Below, piece after piece: positions 9,131 to 18,999 of a stretch of 64,000 bases of DNA; position 1 is the stretch's first letter; each line of letters starts with the position of its first letter. The DNA is from a plasmid. Made by a program: the position numbers and the translations under genes. The stretch lies in the sequence record NZ_CP027239.1; one strand, 5' to 3'. A model generated the notes under the pieces. It was not told where the DNA came from. It did not search any database and was given only the letters and a program-made list of their open reading frames with translations.

Positions 9131-10033
9131 TTGTTCGACCCGCCAACTGTCGACTTTGTCAGCGCCAGGGCTGGCTACAGTTCGGCTATGGCACCGCGTC
9201 GCAGCTCCGAGGAGTCCCCACTGCAAAAGAACGGGGAGTGGCTGGCGCGACTCAATCGGTTGTCGCCCGCTGTCGATACCTGGCACAAGCGGTCCAAGAA
9301 CCCGCAGCCACCCGATCCGGGAAGCTCGCTCGCAGCCGACTCGATGGCGGGGCTCAACGTGGACAACCCAGTCTGGTACTCGATGTGCGTCTCTTCCGAG
9401 CATCTCCACTTCTCGCTCGAGGCAATGCGAGCAACCGGGACGTTGTATCCGACCGCCTACATCACGGTCGCCCGGACGGCGCTCGTCGCTGCCGTGAACG
9501 CTGTCTGGGTACTTGCGCCCCGGACCCGGCAGGAGCGTCGCGAGCGCGCGCTCACGCTTCGCGCCGAAGACCTTCGCTCCCAGATAACGGCCATTGGCAA
9601 CTTGCCAGCCGTTGACAGTGAATCCGAGGAGGTACAGCAGAAGCTCCTGGAGCAGCTGCGCGAGCGGCAATCTGGCCTGCAGGCGACCGCAGTCGCGCTG
9701 GGGATCGAGAGAGACGTGGAAAATCTCCGGCTGAATCAGACCGAAGCGATCAAATGGGTAGCTCGGAGCGTGCCCGATCTCGACGATGACCTTCTAGCTT
9801 CTGGGGTGCAGGCGATCTGGCGTTCAGGGAGCGCAGCCGCACACGCCCAGTACCACTACGGGGTGATGCGGGCCGCCAAGGATGAGACCGTGCCCGAACA
9901 GTCGGGAAGCTCAATCGTGAGGCTCAGCGGAGACCTCGACAAAGACATTGGCCCAGCCTTGGCCGCGGCAGCAATGGTTCTCAACGAGGCGTTTCGACTG
10001 TTCGACCTCCGGCGCGTTGCGCATCTGTCGTAG
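9131..10033 (+). CDS. hypothetical protein (300 aa) in locally lower-GC DNA; possible HEPN-like Rx6H motif (WRSGSAAAH)
   Basis: Long ORF with acceptable GC3 but lower GC than flanks; no upstream motif; sits between the two family-2 paralogs. Confidence 0.45.
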   Translation: MFDPPTVDFVSARAGYSSAMAPRRSSEESPLQKNGEWLARLNRLSPAVDTWHKRSKNPQPPDPGSSLAADSMAGLNVDNPVWYSMCVSSEHLHFSLEAMRATGTLYPTAYITVARTALVAAVNAVWVLAPRTRQERRERALTLRAEDLRSQITAIGNLPAVDSESEEVQQKLLEQLRERQSGLQATAVALGIERDVENLRLNQTEAIKWVARSVPDLDDDLLASGVQAIWRSGSAAAHAQYHYGVMRAAKDETVPEQSGSSIVRLSGDLDKDIGPALAAAAMVLNEAFRLFDLRRVAHLS

Positions 10034-10260
10034 CTGAGCGCTGCGCGCACGGTACGGGCGGCTGTCCGCCGCTCGCTGCGCAACATCTGCAGGGTCGACG
10101 ACATCGCCGATGGGGCGTCCGCCATCTTCGAGCCGGCGCTTCGCGGCTGTCCGCGCCGACTGCCCCACCACCTGCCGGTCCTTCCCTCGGCGCTGCTGCA
10201 CTCTGCGCGGCGGGAGGCAGGGTGATCGAACCCGATACCCCGTGACCGAGGAGCGAAGAG

Positions 10261-10707
10261 ATGACCCCACTGCTGTACCGCGATCACCGCGTCAACGTGA
10301 GCGACCTGGCAGCCGATGCCGCAGGGCTCGGCGACTTGGTGAACGCCGGAGACCTGGTCGATGCCACTGCCATCTACGCCGTCAGCGTGGGCGCAAACCC
10401 GCACGAGCTGCCGCGGCTGCTGTTCACCCGCCAGGCTTGGTACGACGTCGCCGCGTGGGATGAACACAACACCGCCCACCAGAGCGTCGCCGGCCGCATC
10501 TGCAAGGTCCTGGCCGCCGCCGAAGCCCTCGACACAGCAACCGGACACCCGACCCCAGTGCGGGCGGGGCAGCGTCGTCGAGTGTGGGTTGCGCGGATCC
10601 CCAACGCGCGGATGGCGTCGATGGCCGCTGCCACCAACGTCGACCTGGTCGAACTCCCCGACGGTCACCGAACCGCACTGCTGTTCTGCGCCACCTACGA
10701 GCCCTGA
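10261..10707 (+). CDS. hypothetical protein, paralog family 2
   Basis: See 8627..9073; motif 60 bp upstream; RBS gaggag. Confidence 0.6.
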   Translation: MTPLLYRDHRVNVSDLAADAAGLGDLVNAGDLVDATAIYAVSVGANPHELPRLLFTRQAWYDVAAWDEHNTAHQSVAGRICKVLAAAEALDTATGHPTPVRAGQRRRVWVARIPNARMASMAAATNVDLVELPDGHRTALLFCATYEP

Positions 10708-10778
10708 CCGCCAGGAACCCGGGCCCCGTCGCTGACAACGCGCAGCCCTGACCACCCCCGACCACATAGGAGGCCCCA

Positions 10779-11078
10779 ATGCCTCGGAAACTCACTACTG
10801 ACCAGCTGGAATGGCTCAGCGACAAGTGCGATGACCTCGACCTGAACCTGCGCACCGACTACGAAGGGCGCGGCCACTACGAATCCCCGGGCGTGGGCAT
10901 CGTCTGCCAGTCGCACGAGCTGGGCCTCGCGGCCCTGCTGATGGCGGCGACACTCAGCCAGGACAGCACCGGCATGGACTGGGATGACGTGCTCCACGAG
11001 CTCGACAATGCGCCCGCCCCGTCGATCGACTCGCTCGGGCTGTCTTCCATCGCCTACTGGCCCGGCCTCTCAGCCTGA
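10779..11078 (+). CDS. hypothetical protein (99 aa)
   Basis: RBS aggagg directly upstream. Confidence 0.5.
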   Translation: MPRKLTTDQLEWLSDKCDDLDLNLRTDYEGRGHYESPGVGIVCQSHELGLAALLMAATLSQDSTGMDWDDVLHELDNAPAPSIDSLGLSSIAYWPGLSA

Positions 11079-11209
11079 CCTCGACCGTCCCGGCCCAGAC
11101 GGGCCTGAAAGGAACCACCGATGACGAACTGGCTTGCCGCCATCGCTCACCTGCCCACCTGGAGCGGCTGGGGCACCCTCTTCCGCACCGCCCGCGACGG
11201 GGCAGCCTG

Positions 11210-11461
11210 GTGACCGCGATGCTCAGTCCCGCCCGCCATGCGAGGGCTGCCGACGTCGCAGCTGACCGTGCAGAGAACGCCGCCTACCGGAGCGACCAGG
11301 CCGAAGCCGACCGGCAGGCAGGTCTCGCCCGCCAGCACGCCGACCAGGCCGGGGCGCTGGCCGCCCGGCACCCCGGTTCGGCAGCCGACGTGGACGCCAC
11401 CGATGCCGACCGTGCCGCCGAGCGCGCCGAGCGGGAAGCCCGCAGCCTCACCGCTGGCTGA
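11210..11461 (+). CDS. hypothetical Ala/Arg-rich small protein
   Basis: ORF-track frame; preceded by a 30-codon mini-ORF with RBS gaaagg (11121..11213); low-complexity, weak. Confidence 0.3.
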   Translation: MTAMLSPARHARAADVAADRAENAAYRSDQAEADRQAGLARQHADQAGALAARHPGSAADVDATDADRAAERAEREARSLTAG

Positions 11462-11656
11462 ACGGCCCGACCGCGCCCACCCCGAACTCGAGGGGGTGCG
11501 CGCGGTGCCGCGGCGAACGCTCGCCCTGTCCGGCCCCAGCGCAGCACCGGCCAGCGGCAAGGCGGACCCGCACAGCCTCACCAGCGGCAGCTGCTGCACC
11601 CGCGAAACCGGGGGAGAGGCTCAGTGCATCCCGCAGACCCACCCCAGGAGGCCCCG

Positions 11657-12415
11657 ATGAGCGCCACAACACTGACTCAGCTGCTGACCCGCACAAAGGC
11701 CGGGCACGACTGTTACCTCGACGCTGCCCGCCTGGCCTCAGACGGTGACCTGGCCGCCGCCGCGGTGATGGCCCGCTACAGCGTGGACGCCTACGCCGAT
11801 GCCGCTGAGATCACAGCAGGCCTCGACGGCGGCAACATCGGCCGGCCCCGCATCTACGTCGCCTGTGCCGAGAAGTCCGCCGCCGTGGCCGCGATGATGG
11901 CTCAGCTGGCCACCCTCGCCGGTAGCGACTCCCTCAAGGACGCGGCCGTCTCGGCAGAGTTCGCGGCCCGCGCGGTGCGCCGCGCCCGCATCGCCGTGAA
12001 TCCGCGACTGGACGACAACGACCTCTCCGACGCCGGCCTCGCCGCAGCCAACGAGATCGCGGAAGCGTTCGCCGCGGTCAGCCAGTTGGCCGACGAGGCG
12101 GTAGCCCACGCAGATGACGCCGCACGGTATGCCGACGAGTGCGAGAACACGCAGGTGGCGCAGGACGCACAAGACGTGGCCTCGCAGGCGCGAGCCGCCG
12201 CGGTGAAGGCGGTGCGAGCGGCCGGGGTGGCGATGTCGTTGGCTCCCGGCGCCTACTCGACGGGGGCGACCGCAGCCCCCGACCGCGCCGACTTCGCCGT
12301 CACGGCGGCGACCGTTGCCGACCGTGCCGCCACCAAGGCAGAGCGGCACGCCGAGCAGAAGACGGCCAGTGAGGCTGTGACGTCCCTGCGCAGCCGCATC
12401 GCCGACCCCCGCTGA
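11657..12415 (+). CDS. hypothetical Ala-rich protein (252 aa)
   Basis: Motif 58 bp upstream; RBS aggagg. Confidence 0.5.
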   Translation: MSATTLTQLLTRTKAGHDCYLDAARLASDGDLAAAAVMARYSVDAYADAAEITAGLDGGNIGRPRIYVACAEKSAAVAAMMAQLATLAGSDSLKDAAVSAEFAARAVRRARIAVNPRLDDNDLSDAGLAAANEIAEAFAAVSQLADEAVAHADDAARYADECENTQVAQDAQDVASQARAAAVKAVRAAGVAMSLAPGAYSTGATAAPDRADFAVTAATVADRAATKAERHAEQKTASEAVTSLRSRIADPR

Positions 12416-12495
12416 CCCCTGCACTCCACGCGCACCGCAAGCGAGATCACCCGCCTGCGATGCACCTATGACTCGATCTGACGAAAGGCTCTGCC

Positions 12496-13080
12496 ATGTT
12501 CTCTCTCAAGGCATCGCCGATGGCCGATGCGATGCTCACCCGGGCATTGTGGAAGCCAGCGCCCGCAACCGACCTGGACGCCTACGCCGCGGTCCTCCAC
12601 ACCGTCGACGACGCCGCCGCATGGGAATGGAACGGCATCCCCGCGCACGTCGAACCGTTCTTCCAGTCGGGCGACGACACCCCCGATGCCCTGTTCGTCT
12701 CCGCCCGGTTCGGGGCGCTGGCCGCATCGCTGATGGTTGAGCTCGACACCGAACAGTTGGCCCGGGCTGACACCTGGGGTGGAGTACTCGAGATGGTCAC
12801 CGACGACCTCAACGATGCCCACGCGAGCCTGCTCAGGAGCTTCCCGCCAGCACCACCGCGGGCCGACGGGCTGGGGCAGCGACTGGTGAACCGCGACAGC
12901 ATCCGCGCCGAGATCGACGACAACCCGAACCTGACAGAGAGCCAGCGACTGAGGCTGATGGCAGCCCTTGACAGTGAGATCGACGACGCGATCGAGGCGT
13001 GCACCCGCAGTGTCGAAGATCAGCTGTACGCCGTGCACGACGAGTTGCAGGCACTGGTCGTCGCCGACCTGACCAGCTGA
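12496..13080 (+). CDS. hypothetical protein; C-terminus paralogous to 32612..32899
   Basis: Shares DNPNLT..QR..L and HDELQALVV blocks; hairpin terminator after stop. Confidence 0.55.
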   Translation: MFSLKASPMADAMLTRALWKPAPATDLDAYAAVLHTVDDAAAWEWNGIPAHVEPFFQSGDDTPDALFVSARFGALAASLMVELDTEQLARADTWGGVLEMVTDDLNDAHASLLRSFPPAPPRADGLGQRLVNRDSIRAEIDDNPNLTESQRLRLMAALDSEIDDAIEACTRSVEDQLYAVHDELQALVVADLTS

Positions 13081-13087
13081 CCACTCC

Positions 13088-13128
13088 CACCCCGCCGGTC
13101 GCCTTGGCCGCCGGGGTGGGTTCCGGCC
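13088..13128 (+). terminator. GC-rich hairpin (cccaccccg...cggggtggg)
   Basis: 9-bp outer stem with inner pairing, just after stop 13080. Confidence 0.35.
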
Positions 13129-13188
13129 TGCCAGGGGATAGGGCTGTCCGCCGCCGGTGGCGATCATGGGCGGCCTAATCTCCACGAC

Positions 13189-13758
13189 ATGACACTTCGC
13201 GGGGTGGTTGCCGTTCTCATGGTCTCGGCCATGGGCCTAGCCGGGTGCGGGGAAGACTGGTCGGCCGAACCTGAACCGCCCACCGAGGCAGAACTCGTCG
13301 TAGAACGTGCCCAACAGCGACAGCAGCAACTCGACGCCGAGCTCGAACGGTGGCGGGAACTCGACTTGGACGACCATATCGTCGCGCCGATGGGCGAACC
13401 GATCTCCGATCACGTCCTCACCACGTCGCTTGGCGAGCTCTACATCGACGGCTTCGGACTCTGCACCGATGTGACGATCACCAACAGCGGCACCCTGCCG
13501 AGGAAAGTGGGAGCGAGAGATTGGACCACCACCTACCCGAGCGGCTTCACCAGCCAAGGCCGCATTGTCAAAGGCGACGTCTCCGGCCGCAGCCATTGGT
13601 ATCGGCGAGGCTTGATCATCGTGCAACCCGGTGAAACCCGGACCATGCAGATCTGCCTTGGTGGCGCCGACGAACGCGAGGGCATCAAACCGGGCCTGTA
13701 CAAGATCAAGTTCACTCCAGCGCTGATGCAAACCCACGTCTGGCTAACCGTGATCTAA
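13189..13758 (+). CDS. secreted lipoprotein
   Basis: N-terminal signal peptide with lipobox LAGC (MTLRGVVAVLMVSAMGLAGCGEDW). Confidence 0.6.
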   Translation: MTLRGVVAVLMVSAMGLAGCGEDWSAEPEPPTEAELVVERAQQRQQQLDAELERWRELDLDDHIVAPMGEPISDHVLTTSLGELYIDGFGLCTDVTITNSGTLPRKVGARDWTTTYPSGFTSQGRIVKGDVSGRSHWYRRGLIIVQPGETRTMQICLGGADEREGIKPGLYKIKFTPALMQTHVWLTVI

Positions 13759-13955
13759 CTCTGGCGCTGCAGTTCGCCGGTTAGGTTCCGGCTTCTCAGG
13801 GGAGCTGTCCGCTGATTCGCCTGGTCTCGGCACTGATGGTGGCGTGATGGTCTGCTGCACCGGCGGGGTGGGATCACACGGCCCTGCTAACCCAAAAACT
13901 ACCTTTACAGATGTAGAGGCGGGCAGTTAGCCACCCACTCGATAGGAGCAAGACC

Positions 13956-14234
13956 ATGACTTTCATTGCACCCGCAGCCACCATCCTCGTCGGAATCCTC
14001 GGCCTGATTGGCGTCCTGGCCACCCTCCGCCAGCGCGCCCGCGCAGAAGCCACCGACCGGTTCTGGAAGCGCCTCATGTGGGCGCTGGACGCGGCCATGA
14101 GCGACGACCCCCGCACCCGCGAAGCCGGGGAACGAACCCTACTGGCCCTTCGCCGCCACCCGGAGGCCACCGCCCACGACCAGCACCTCATCCGTACCGC
14201 CCTCAACGGCAATCGCCGCCACCCGCTGACCTAG
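13956..14234 (+). CDS. small membrane protein (92 aa)
   Basis: N-terminal TM helix FIAPAATILVGILGLIGVLATL; motif ~96 bp upstream; RBS aggagcaag; terminator follows. Confidence 0.5.
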   Translation: MTFIAPAATILVGILGLIGVLATLRQRARAEATDRFWKRLMWALDAAMSDDPRTREAGERTLLALRRHPEATAHDQHLIRTALNGNRRHPLT

Positions 14235-14248
14235 AACCCCACACCTGC

Positions 14249-14275
14249 GCCCCGCCATCACGCGGGGCGCTTTCC
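14249..14275 (+). terminator. intrinsic terminator gcgccccgc-catcac-gcggggcgc followed by tttccgttct
   Basis: 9-bp stem plus T-rich tail after stop 14234. Confidence 0.55.
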
Positions 14276-14427
14276 GTTCTCGGCGCTGCGGGCTGTCCGC
14301 ACCGCCGGCGCCGCCGCGCACCTTCACTAATTCGCCTGAGCCCCGCCTCGGCCAGCGGGGCGTTCATCGTTCCCCCCGACCACGCGATCAGCACACGGGC
14401 CACGCGTGAGGTCCGCGACGCCAGACT

Positions 14428-14436
14428 CTGCTGCAC
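14428..14436 (+). promoter_or_regulatory. STGCTGCAC promoter-like motif copy
   Basis: Followed by tcgcggaccgccagggc-ACAGTG; near-identical extended version at 63366. Confidence 0.6.
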
Positions 14437-14571
14437 TCGCGGACCGCCAGGGCACAGTGAGCACACCCGGTTCGCCAACACGCGGCGACCGAAACAAGTC
14501 CCGGGCCCCCGTTGCTGACCACGCGCGGCGGGGGCCCGCACACACGACAGCAACACGAGAACGAGGTCACT

Positions 14572-14781
14572 ATGTCTTTCCGCAGCGAATGGTTCGACGC
14601 CGGCAGCACCCACGTCGGGCTTCTGACCGAAGGTGACGACCCCGACTGGTGCGACGAGCCGGTCACCGGTGAGGTCGCCGTCGTGTTCTCCGGCGACACC
14701 GGCGCCGTCATCGAGGGCAGCAAGGACGCCGTACGACGTCTGCTCACCGCCGCCCTGGACGGTCTCGACAGGCTCGGCTGA
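14572..14781 (+). CDS. hypothetical protein (69 aa)
   Basis: RBS gagaacgagg; motif at ~14430; track ORF 14512..14781 offers an alternative TTG start. Confidence 0.45.
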   Translation: MSFRSEWFDAGSTHVGLLTEGDDPDWCDEPVTGEVAVVFSGDTGAVIEGSKDAVRRLLTAALDGLDRLG

Positions 14782-14841
14782 TCCGATCCCCGTCGCTCTG
14801 GACGGTAGCCGTGAGGCCACCGCAGACGGTTCAAGGAAGGA

Positions 14842-15810
14842 ATGATCATGGAATCTGTTGACGCACTGATCAACTTGACCTCGAACTTCGCGCTGGCAGT
14901 GGCGGTGATTGCGGGGATCGCGGGCGGCTACAAGCTGGCTGTCGGGGAGCCCGGTACCGGAGTTCGGCTCGTCGCCATGTCGGTCGTACTCGGCGGGTTC
15001 CCGTTGATCTCGAAGGTCATCATGCCGTGGGCCGTCGAGCTGGGGTCTGCTGCTGAACCGTCCGCAGCTCCACCACAAGGTCCCGACTCTCAAGCGCCGA
15101 TCGACTCGCCGCAACCGCCCCCGCCGCCCCCGTCGGCAGATCCCTTCTCGGAGATTCCGCCGATCGCAGTCGGGGAGCCCGTCGAGCTGCCGGCATGGTT
15201 CTGGCCCGCCCTTGGTGGGAGCACGCTCGTGGTCGTGCTTGTGCCCCTCGTTGTGATGCTGGGCATCCGCGTGCTCGCAAAGCGCCGTCAGCAGCGCGAA
15301 CTGCGGAAAGAGATCGAACGGCTCTGGAGCCTGCACGATCGGAGCTTGCGCAAGCTCAAGCGGGCCTACACCGCGGCCGAGACCGATCCGTGGACCGCGT
15401 TCCGCCGACCGCTGCTGACTGATGTGACCGAGCCCCTGACCGCGCAGTTCCACGAGAAGTTCGCCCGAGCCCGAGAGCTGGATACCGAGTATCGACCCAC
15501 CAACAGGGAGCTGGTCGACCGTTTCGGTGACGCCGTTCGTGAAGCCACCGCCGCGTGGACGGCTGTCGACCAGCACGCCCGCGCTGTCGCCGTGCCCACC
15601 ACATCAGACGCTGAGCGACGCCGCCTGCGCCGGGCCGAAGACGCTCTGCGGTTGGCGCTGGACGAACGCGCCAGCCCCGCCGAGCGGGCCGTCGCTCTGG
15701 CCAGAGTCGAGCAACTCATCGCAGGACTGACGGCGATCCCCGACAAGGCGCGCGCGGCCGTCGTCGCCGAGTTGGAAACCACGACGCGGCTGGCGCTCAC
15801 CAGCGGATGA
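14842..15810 (+). CDS. membrane protein with Pro-rich linker and coiled-coil C-terminal domain
   Basis: Two N-terminal TM helices, PPPPPPS stretch, third TM (LVVVLVPLVVMLGI), charged coiled-coil tail; RBS ggaagg. Confidence 0.6.
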   Translation: MIMESVDALINLTSNFALAVAVIAGIAGGYKLAVGEPGTGVRLVAMSVVLGGFPLISKVIMPWAVELGSAAEPSAAPPQGPDSQAPIDSPQPPPPPPSADPFSEIPPIAVGEPVELPAWFWPALGGSTLVVVLVPLVVMLGIRVLAKRRQQRELRKEIERLWSLHDRSLRKLKRAYTAAETDPWTAFRRPLLTDVTEPLTAQFHEKFARARELDTEYRPTNRELVDRFGDAVREATAAWTAVDQHARAVAVPTTSDAERRRLRRAEDALRLALDERASPAERAVALARVEQLIAGLTAIPDKARAAVVAELETTTRLALTSG

Positions 15811-15868
15811 TCGCCGGAGCTTGGCACTAGGCTGACACAGTCGCAGGCAGGAAAAAAAGGGGATCTAC

Positions 15869-16045
15869 ATGCAACGTGCCATCGGATACGCGCTACTCGC
15901 GGTTGCGGTGGCGATGCTCAGCGTGGCCCTTCTGCGGTTACGCCGCGGCAACTACCAGCCTGCAGTGGGCCTCGCCGTGAGGCCGCTGATGTTCGCCGCC
16001 GCCGCGTGCAGCGCAGCCGGATCCGTGGTCTTGTTCACCTCCTAG
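15869..16045 (+). CDS. small membrane protein (58 aa, below ORF-track cutoff)
   Basis: ATG with RBS aaagggga; two hydrophobic helices (LLAVAVAMLSVALL, LMFAAAACSAAGSVVLF). Confidence 0.35.
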   Translation: MQRAIGYALLAVAVAMLSVALLRLRRGNYQPAVGLAVRPLMFAAAACSAAGSVVLFTS

Positions 16046-16111
16046 CCTGCGCACCTCCGGGGGCGCGGGCCAGAAGGTTCGCGTCGGAGTCGCCGGATAC
16101 CGTGCCTGCCC

Positions 16112-16396
16112 GTGGACGAGCTCGCCGAGAAAATTCGTGTCGCCTCTGAGCAGCTGGACCCGGCCCGGTTCCTGGAGCTGCTCAGGTGGCACCGCGTCGT
16201 GGCCGGCCTACCCGAGCTGGACTGGTCGCAGCCTGGTGTCTACAAGAGGGCTGTCGACGAGCTCACCCCCGAGCGAGCCGCAGAACTCCTGCGAGATGTA
16301 CGGCGCACGGCCCGAGATCCGCGCGGTCACCGGCACGGCGCCGACGGCAAACCCCAGTTCCGGCAGGGTCGAACCCTGCGTAACCGATTCAACTGA
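16112..16396 (+). CDS. hypothetical protein (94 aa)
   Basis: ORF-track frame with GTG start; GC3-rich. Confidence 0.4.
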   Translation: MDELAEKIRVASEQLDPARFLELLRWHRVVAGLPELDWSQPGVYKRAVDELTPERAAELLRDVRRTARDPRGHRHGADGKPQFRQGRTLRNRFN

Positions 16397-16474
16397 GCGT
16401 CCCGGTGCACGACACCGTGTCGGACTGTCCGAATAGTCTGAACCAGACCCAGGCGAACAACGGAGGACCCACCG

Positions 16475-16987
16475 ATGGCAACTACCGATGCTGGCGACGA
16501 CCTTCTGCGGCTGATCGGCGTGGGCAGCGGCTGGGACTTCGATCCGCCTCTGCCGGCCCTGTGGGCCCGACGGCTTCGCCGCGTAACCGGGACTCATCCG
16601 TCGGGCGCCCGCCTGGAGCTGGTGTGGACCCTCACCGGGGGCATCGCCGACGCGACCACGTGGGTGAGCGCCCGCGGCGCGGTCGTGGAGTTCGCGCCGA
16701 TCGTGCCGCCGGCCCGCGATGCCCTTTTGATTGCGCTGTTGACCACGCCAGATGACACGCAGCAGCAGGCCGACGAGACTGTCGCCACGCACATCGCCGA
16801 TTTCTGGTCGACCACCCCACGCAAGCTCAACGACCGCGTCCGGGCGTCGATGCTGGAGGGACAGCCCGAGCCCCAGCGCCAGCAGCTCATCGACCACATG
16901 GAGCTCGTTGACCGTCGCCTCCAGGCCTACCATCAGCGCAGCCAACAGCGGGCCCGGCGCCGCGGCTGGCATCCCCCGACACCCTGA
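16475..16987 (+). CDS. hypothetical protein (170 aa)
   Basis: RBS acggagga upstream of ATG. Confidence 0.5.
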   Translation: MATTDAGDDLLRLIGVGSGWDFDPPLPALWARRLRRVTGTHPSGARLELVWTLTGGIADATTWVSARGAVVEFAPIVPPARDALLIALLTTPDDTQQQADETVATHIADFWSTTPRKLNDRVRASMLEGQPEPQRQQLIDHMELVDRRLQAYHQRSQQRARRRGWHPPTP

Positions 16988-17170
16988 ATTGACGCGCGGG
17001 AGCCGTCGACCGGCCACGGCCTGTCCACGCCGTCACCGCGGGGCGCCCCAACGAAACCGGCGCCATCCGACCGGTGCATGGAGCTGCTGCACGCCCAGGC
17101 GGCGGCGGCACAGTGTGGGCATCTCACCTACCCAACCGGGGCGGGTGACCGGCCCGAAAAGGGGAGCCCG

Positions 17171-17437
17171 ATGAGCAACGCCGATCCCGTCATGGCCCAG
17201 CCCAGCCGCGCCACCTTCCACGTGGAAATGACCCGAGTGGTCGAAGTGACCATCGACATGCCGGACGGGCACACCCTGGACGACTGCTCCTCCCATCGGC
17301 TGTGGCGCTGGCCCGACAGCGTCCTGGAGGCGATCGAGGACGCTGTACGCGAGGAGCTCGCCGACGAGAGCGCTACCTCCCTCCTTGGCGGCATCTCCGA
17401 GATCAGCCACTCGGACGGCGACGCCGCCACCGGATGA
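17171..17437 (+). CDS. hypothetical acidic protein (88 aa)
   Basis: Motif 79 bp upstream; RBS aaaagggga. Confidence 0.5.
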   Translation: MSNADPVMAQPSRATFHVEMTRVVEVTIDMPDGHTLDDCSSHRLWRWPDSVLEAIEDAVREELADESATSLLGGISEISHSDGDAATG

Positions 17438-17472
17438 CGCCGCCACCCGCCTCTGCGATTCGAGGAGAACCC

Positions 17473-17772
17473 ATGACCCACACCTATCCCACCCCGACCC
17501 ACGCCGAGCTCACCTCCCACGGAATCACAGCCCGCATCGACGCCAACTACGACGCAGCCACCGCAGCAGACCCACTCGGCGCGTTCGCCAGTGTCACGGT
17601 GGCCGGCCACCCGGACGTGGCGGTTCACGTCCACTCCTCAACCACCGTCGACGGCGCAGTGACCGTCCTGGTCGACGCCCCCGAAGGCACGACAATCCGA
17701 TTCGACGTGAACGACGCCAGCGTTGCCGAGTCCGTCGTCGGGGAAGCATCCCGCCTGGTCGACGACGACTAA
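17473..17772 (+). CDS. hypothetical protein (99 aa)
   Basis: RBS gaggag; follows previous gene by 35 bp. Confidence 0.5.
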   Translation: MTHTYPTPTHAELTSHGITARIDANYDAATAADPLGAFASVTVAGHPDVAVHVHSSTTVDGAVTVLVDAPEGTTIRFDVNDASVAESVVGEASRLVDDD

Positions 17773-17799
17773 CGGTCATCCGCCGCCCCGGGTGCTCGA

Positions 17800-18225
17800 C
17801 TAGTCGGAGGTCGGCGACCTCCATCGCCGGAGAGTGTCCAGCGCTCGACGGTGCCCGGTGTCCCCGCCAGTAGGTTCGTGTTTGCGGAAACGGTCGACCG
17901 CCCCGACGAACCGTTCGAGCTCGGCGATCGCACGTCCGAGATCGCCCTGACTCTCGTACAGCTGCGCCAACGCCATCGCCGGTCCAGGAGCCACCGTGTA
18001 CCCGGCCAGCTGCGCCCCACGTTCAGTGGCGTCGCGCATCTCGCACAGCAGAGCCTCATACTCGCGCCACTTCTGTGCCCGCTCCAACCGCTCCACCTCA
18101 TCCCACCAGGACGTGAAGTGCCGACCCCGGACCGCCTCCGCGGCCTCAGCGGCATCCATCAGGTCGAAGTAGTCGTCGTCCTCCATGCGAACACCGTAGG
18201 ACGGTCGAGCACTCACCACGCCCAC
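17800..18225 (-). CDS. hypothetical helical protein (141 aa)
   Basis: Minus-strand ORF convergent with 17473..17772; GTG start with RBS gaggcgg; charged helical composition. Confidence 0.45.
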   Translation of the reverse strand: MGVVSARPSYGVRMEDDDYFDLMDAAEAAEAVRGRHFTSWWDEVERLERAQKWREYEALLCEMRDATERGAQLAGYTVAPGPAMALAQLYESQGDLGRAIAELERFVGAVDRFRKHEPTGGDTGHRRALDTLRRWRSPTSD

Positions 18226-18401
18226 TGTCGTAGACCGCCTCGTATCTCCCGGCCTGTCCGCAGCCCCCGCCCTGACTCTGCTTCCCCTCCCGGTTCGCTC
18301 GCATGGCCACCGTGCAGTAGCTGCTGCACCTCGCCGATGCCGGGAGATCGTCGGAAGGAGCCGCCCGATCGGGTGGCCCGACCACGACGAAGGGCACCGC
18401 G

Positions 18402-18821
18402 ATGACCACCACCCCCGACACCGACTTCCCAGCTGGCCTGCTGATCCAGGTCGTTCGCCCGGCCCCCTCGACGTACGGGGACCTGACCCTTGGGGGAGTG
18501 TCGGCCGAGGCGAAACAGCTCACCCTGATCGGCATCATCGACGCCGACGGCGACTACGAGCAGCTGCCCAAGCAGTCCCGCGTCTTCCCTGCCCGCCCCG
18601 ACGCGCCCGCCGTGGTGCTGGATCGCACCGCCGGTGGGTTCCCGATCCTGGTGCCCGCCAGCCACCACCCGGAGACGGGATGGGGCCGGGTTCGTACCCA
18701 CACCATGGCCGGCGGCAACTTCGGCGCCTCCTCCGACTCCCGGGTCGGCGACGCCCTGCTGGCGGTGAGCGGGTCACGCTTCTACGGGGCCGTGGCGATC
18801 CACGACCGCATCGAACGCTGA
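18402..18821 (+). CDS. hypothetical protein (139 aa)
   Basis: Motif 73 bp upstream; RBS gaagggca. Confidence 0.5.
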   Translation: MTTTPDTDFPAGLLIQVVRPAPSTYGDLTLGGVSAEAKQLTLIGIIDADGDYEQLPKQSRVFPARPDAPAVVLDRTAGGFPILVPASHHPETGWGRVRTHTMAGGNFGASSDSRVGDALLAVSGSRFYGAVAIHDRIER

Positions 18822-18999
18822 ACGCGGAGCTACTCTCGGCGCTGCGCGCCGATCGGAATCCCGCCACAACCCCGCCACTCCACGGGACCTACCCGCGGCA
18901 CCTACTCGCTGCACGGGCAGGCATACGGCCTTCACCGACCCCGCCGCGCCGGGTGGGCTGCCGACCCGGCGCGGTGGGTGAGTCATCGTCCCGGTCACC

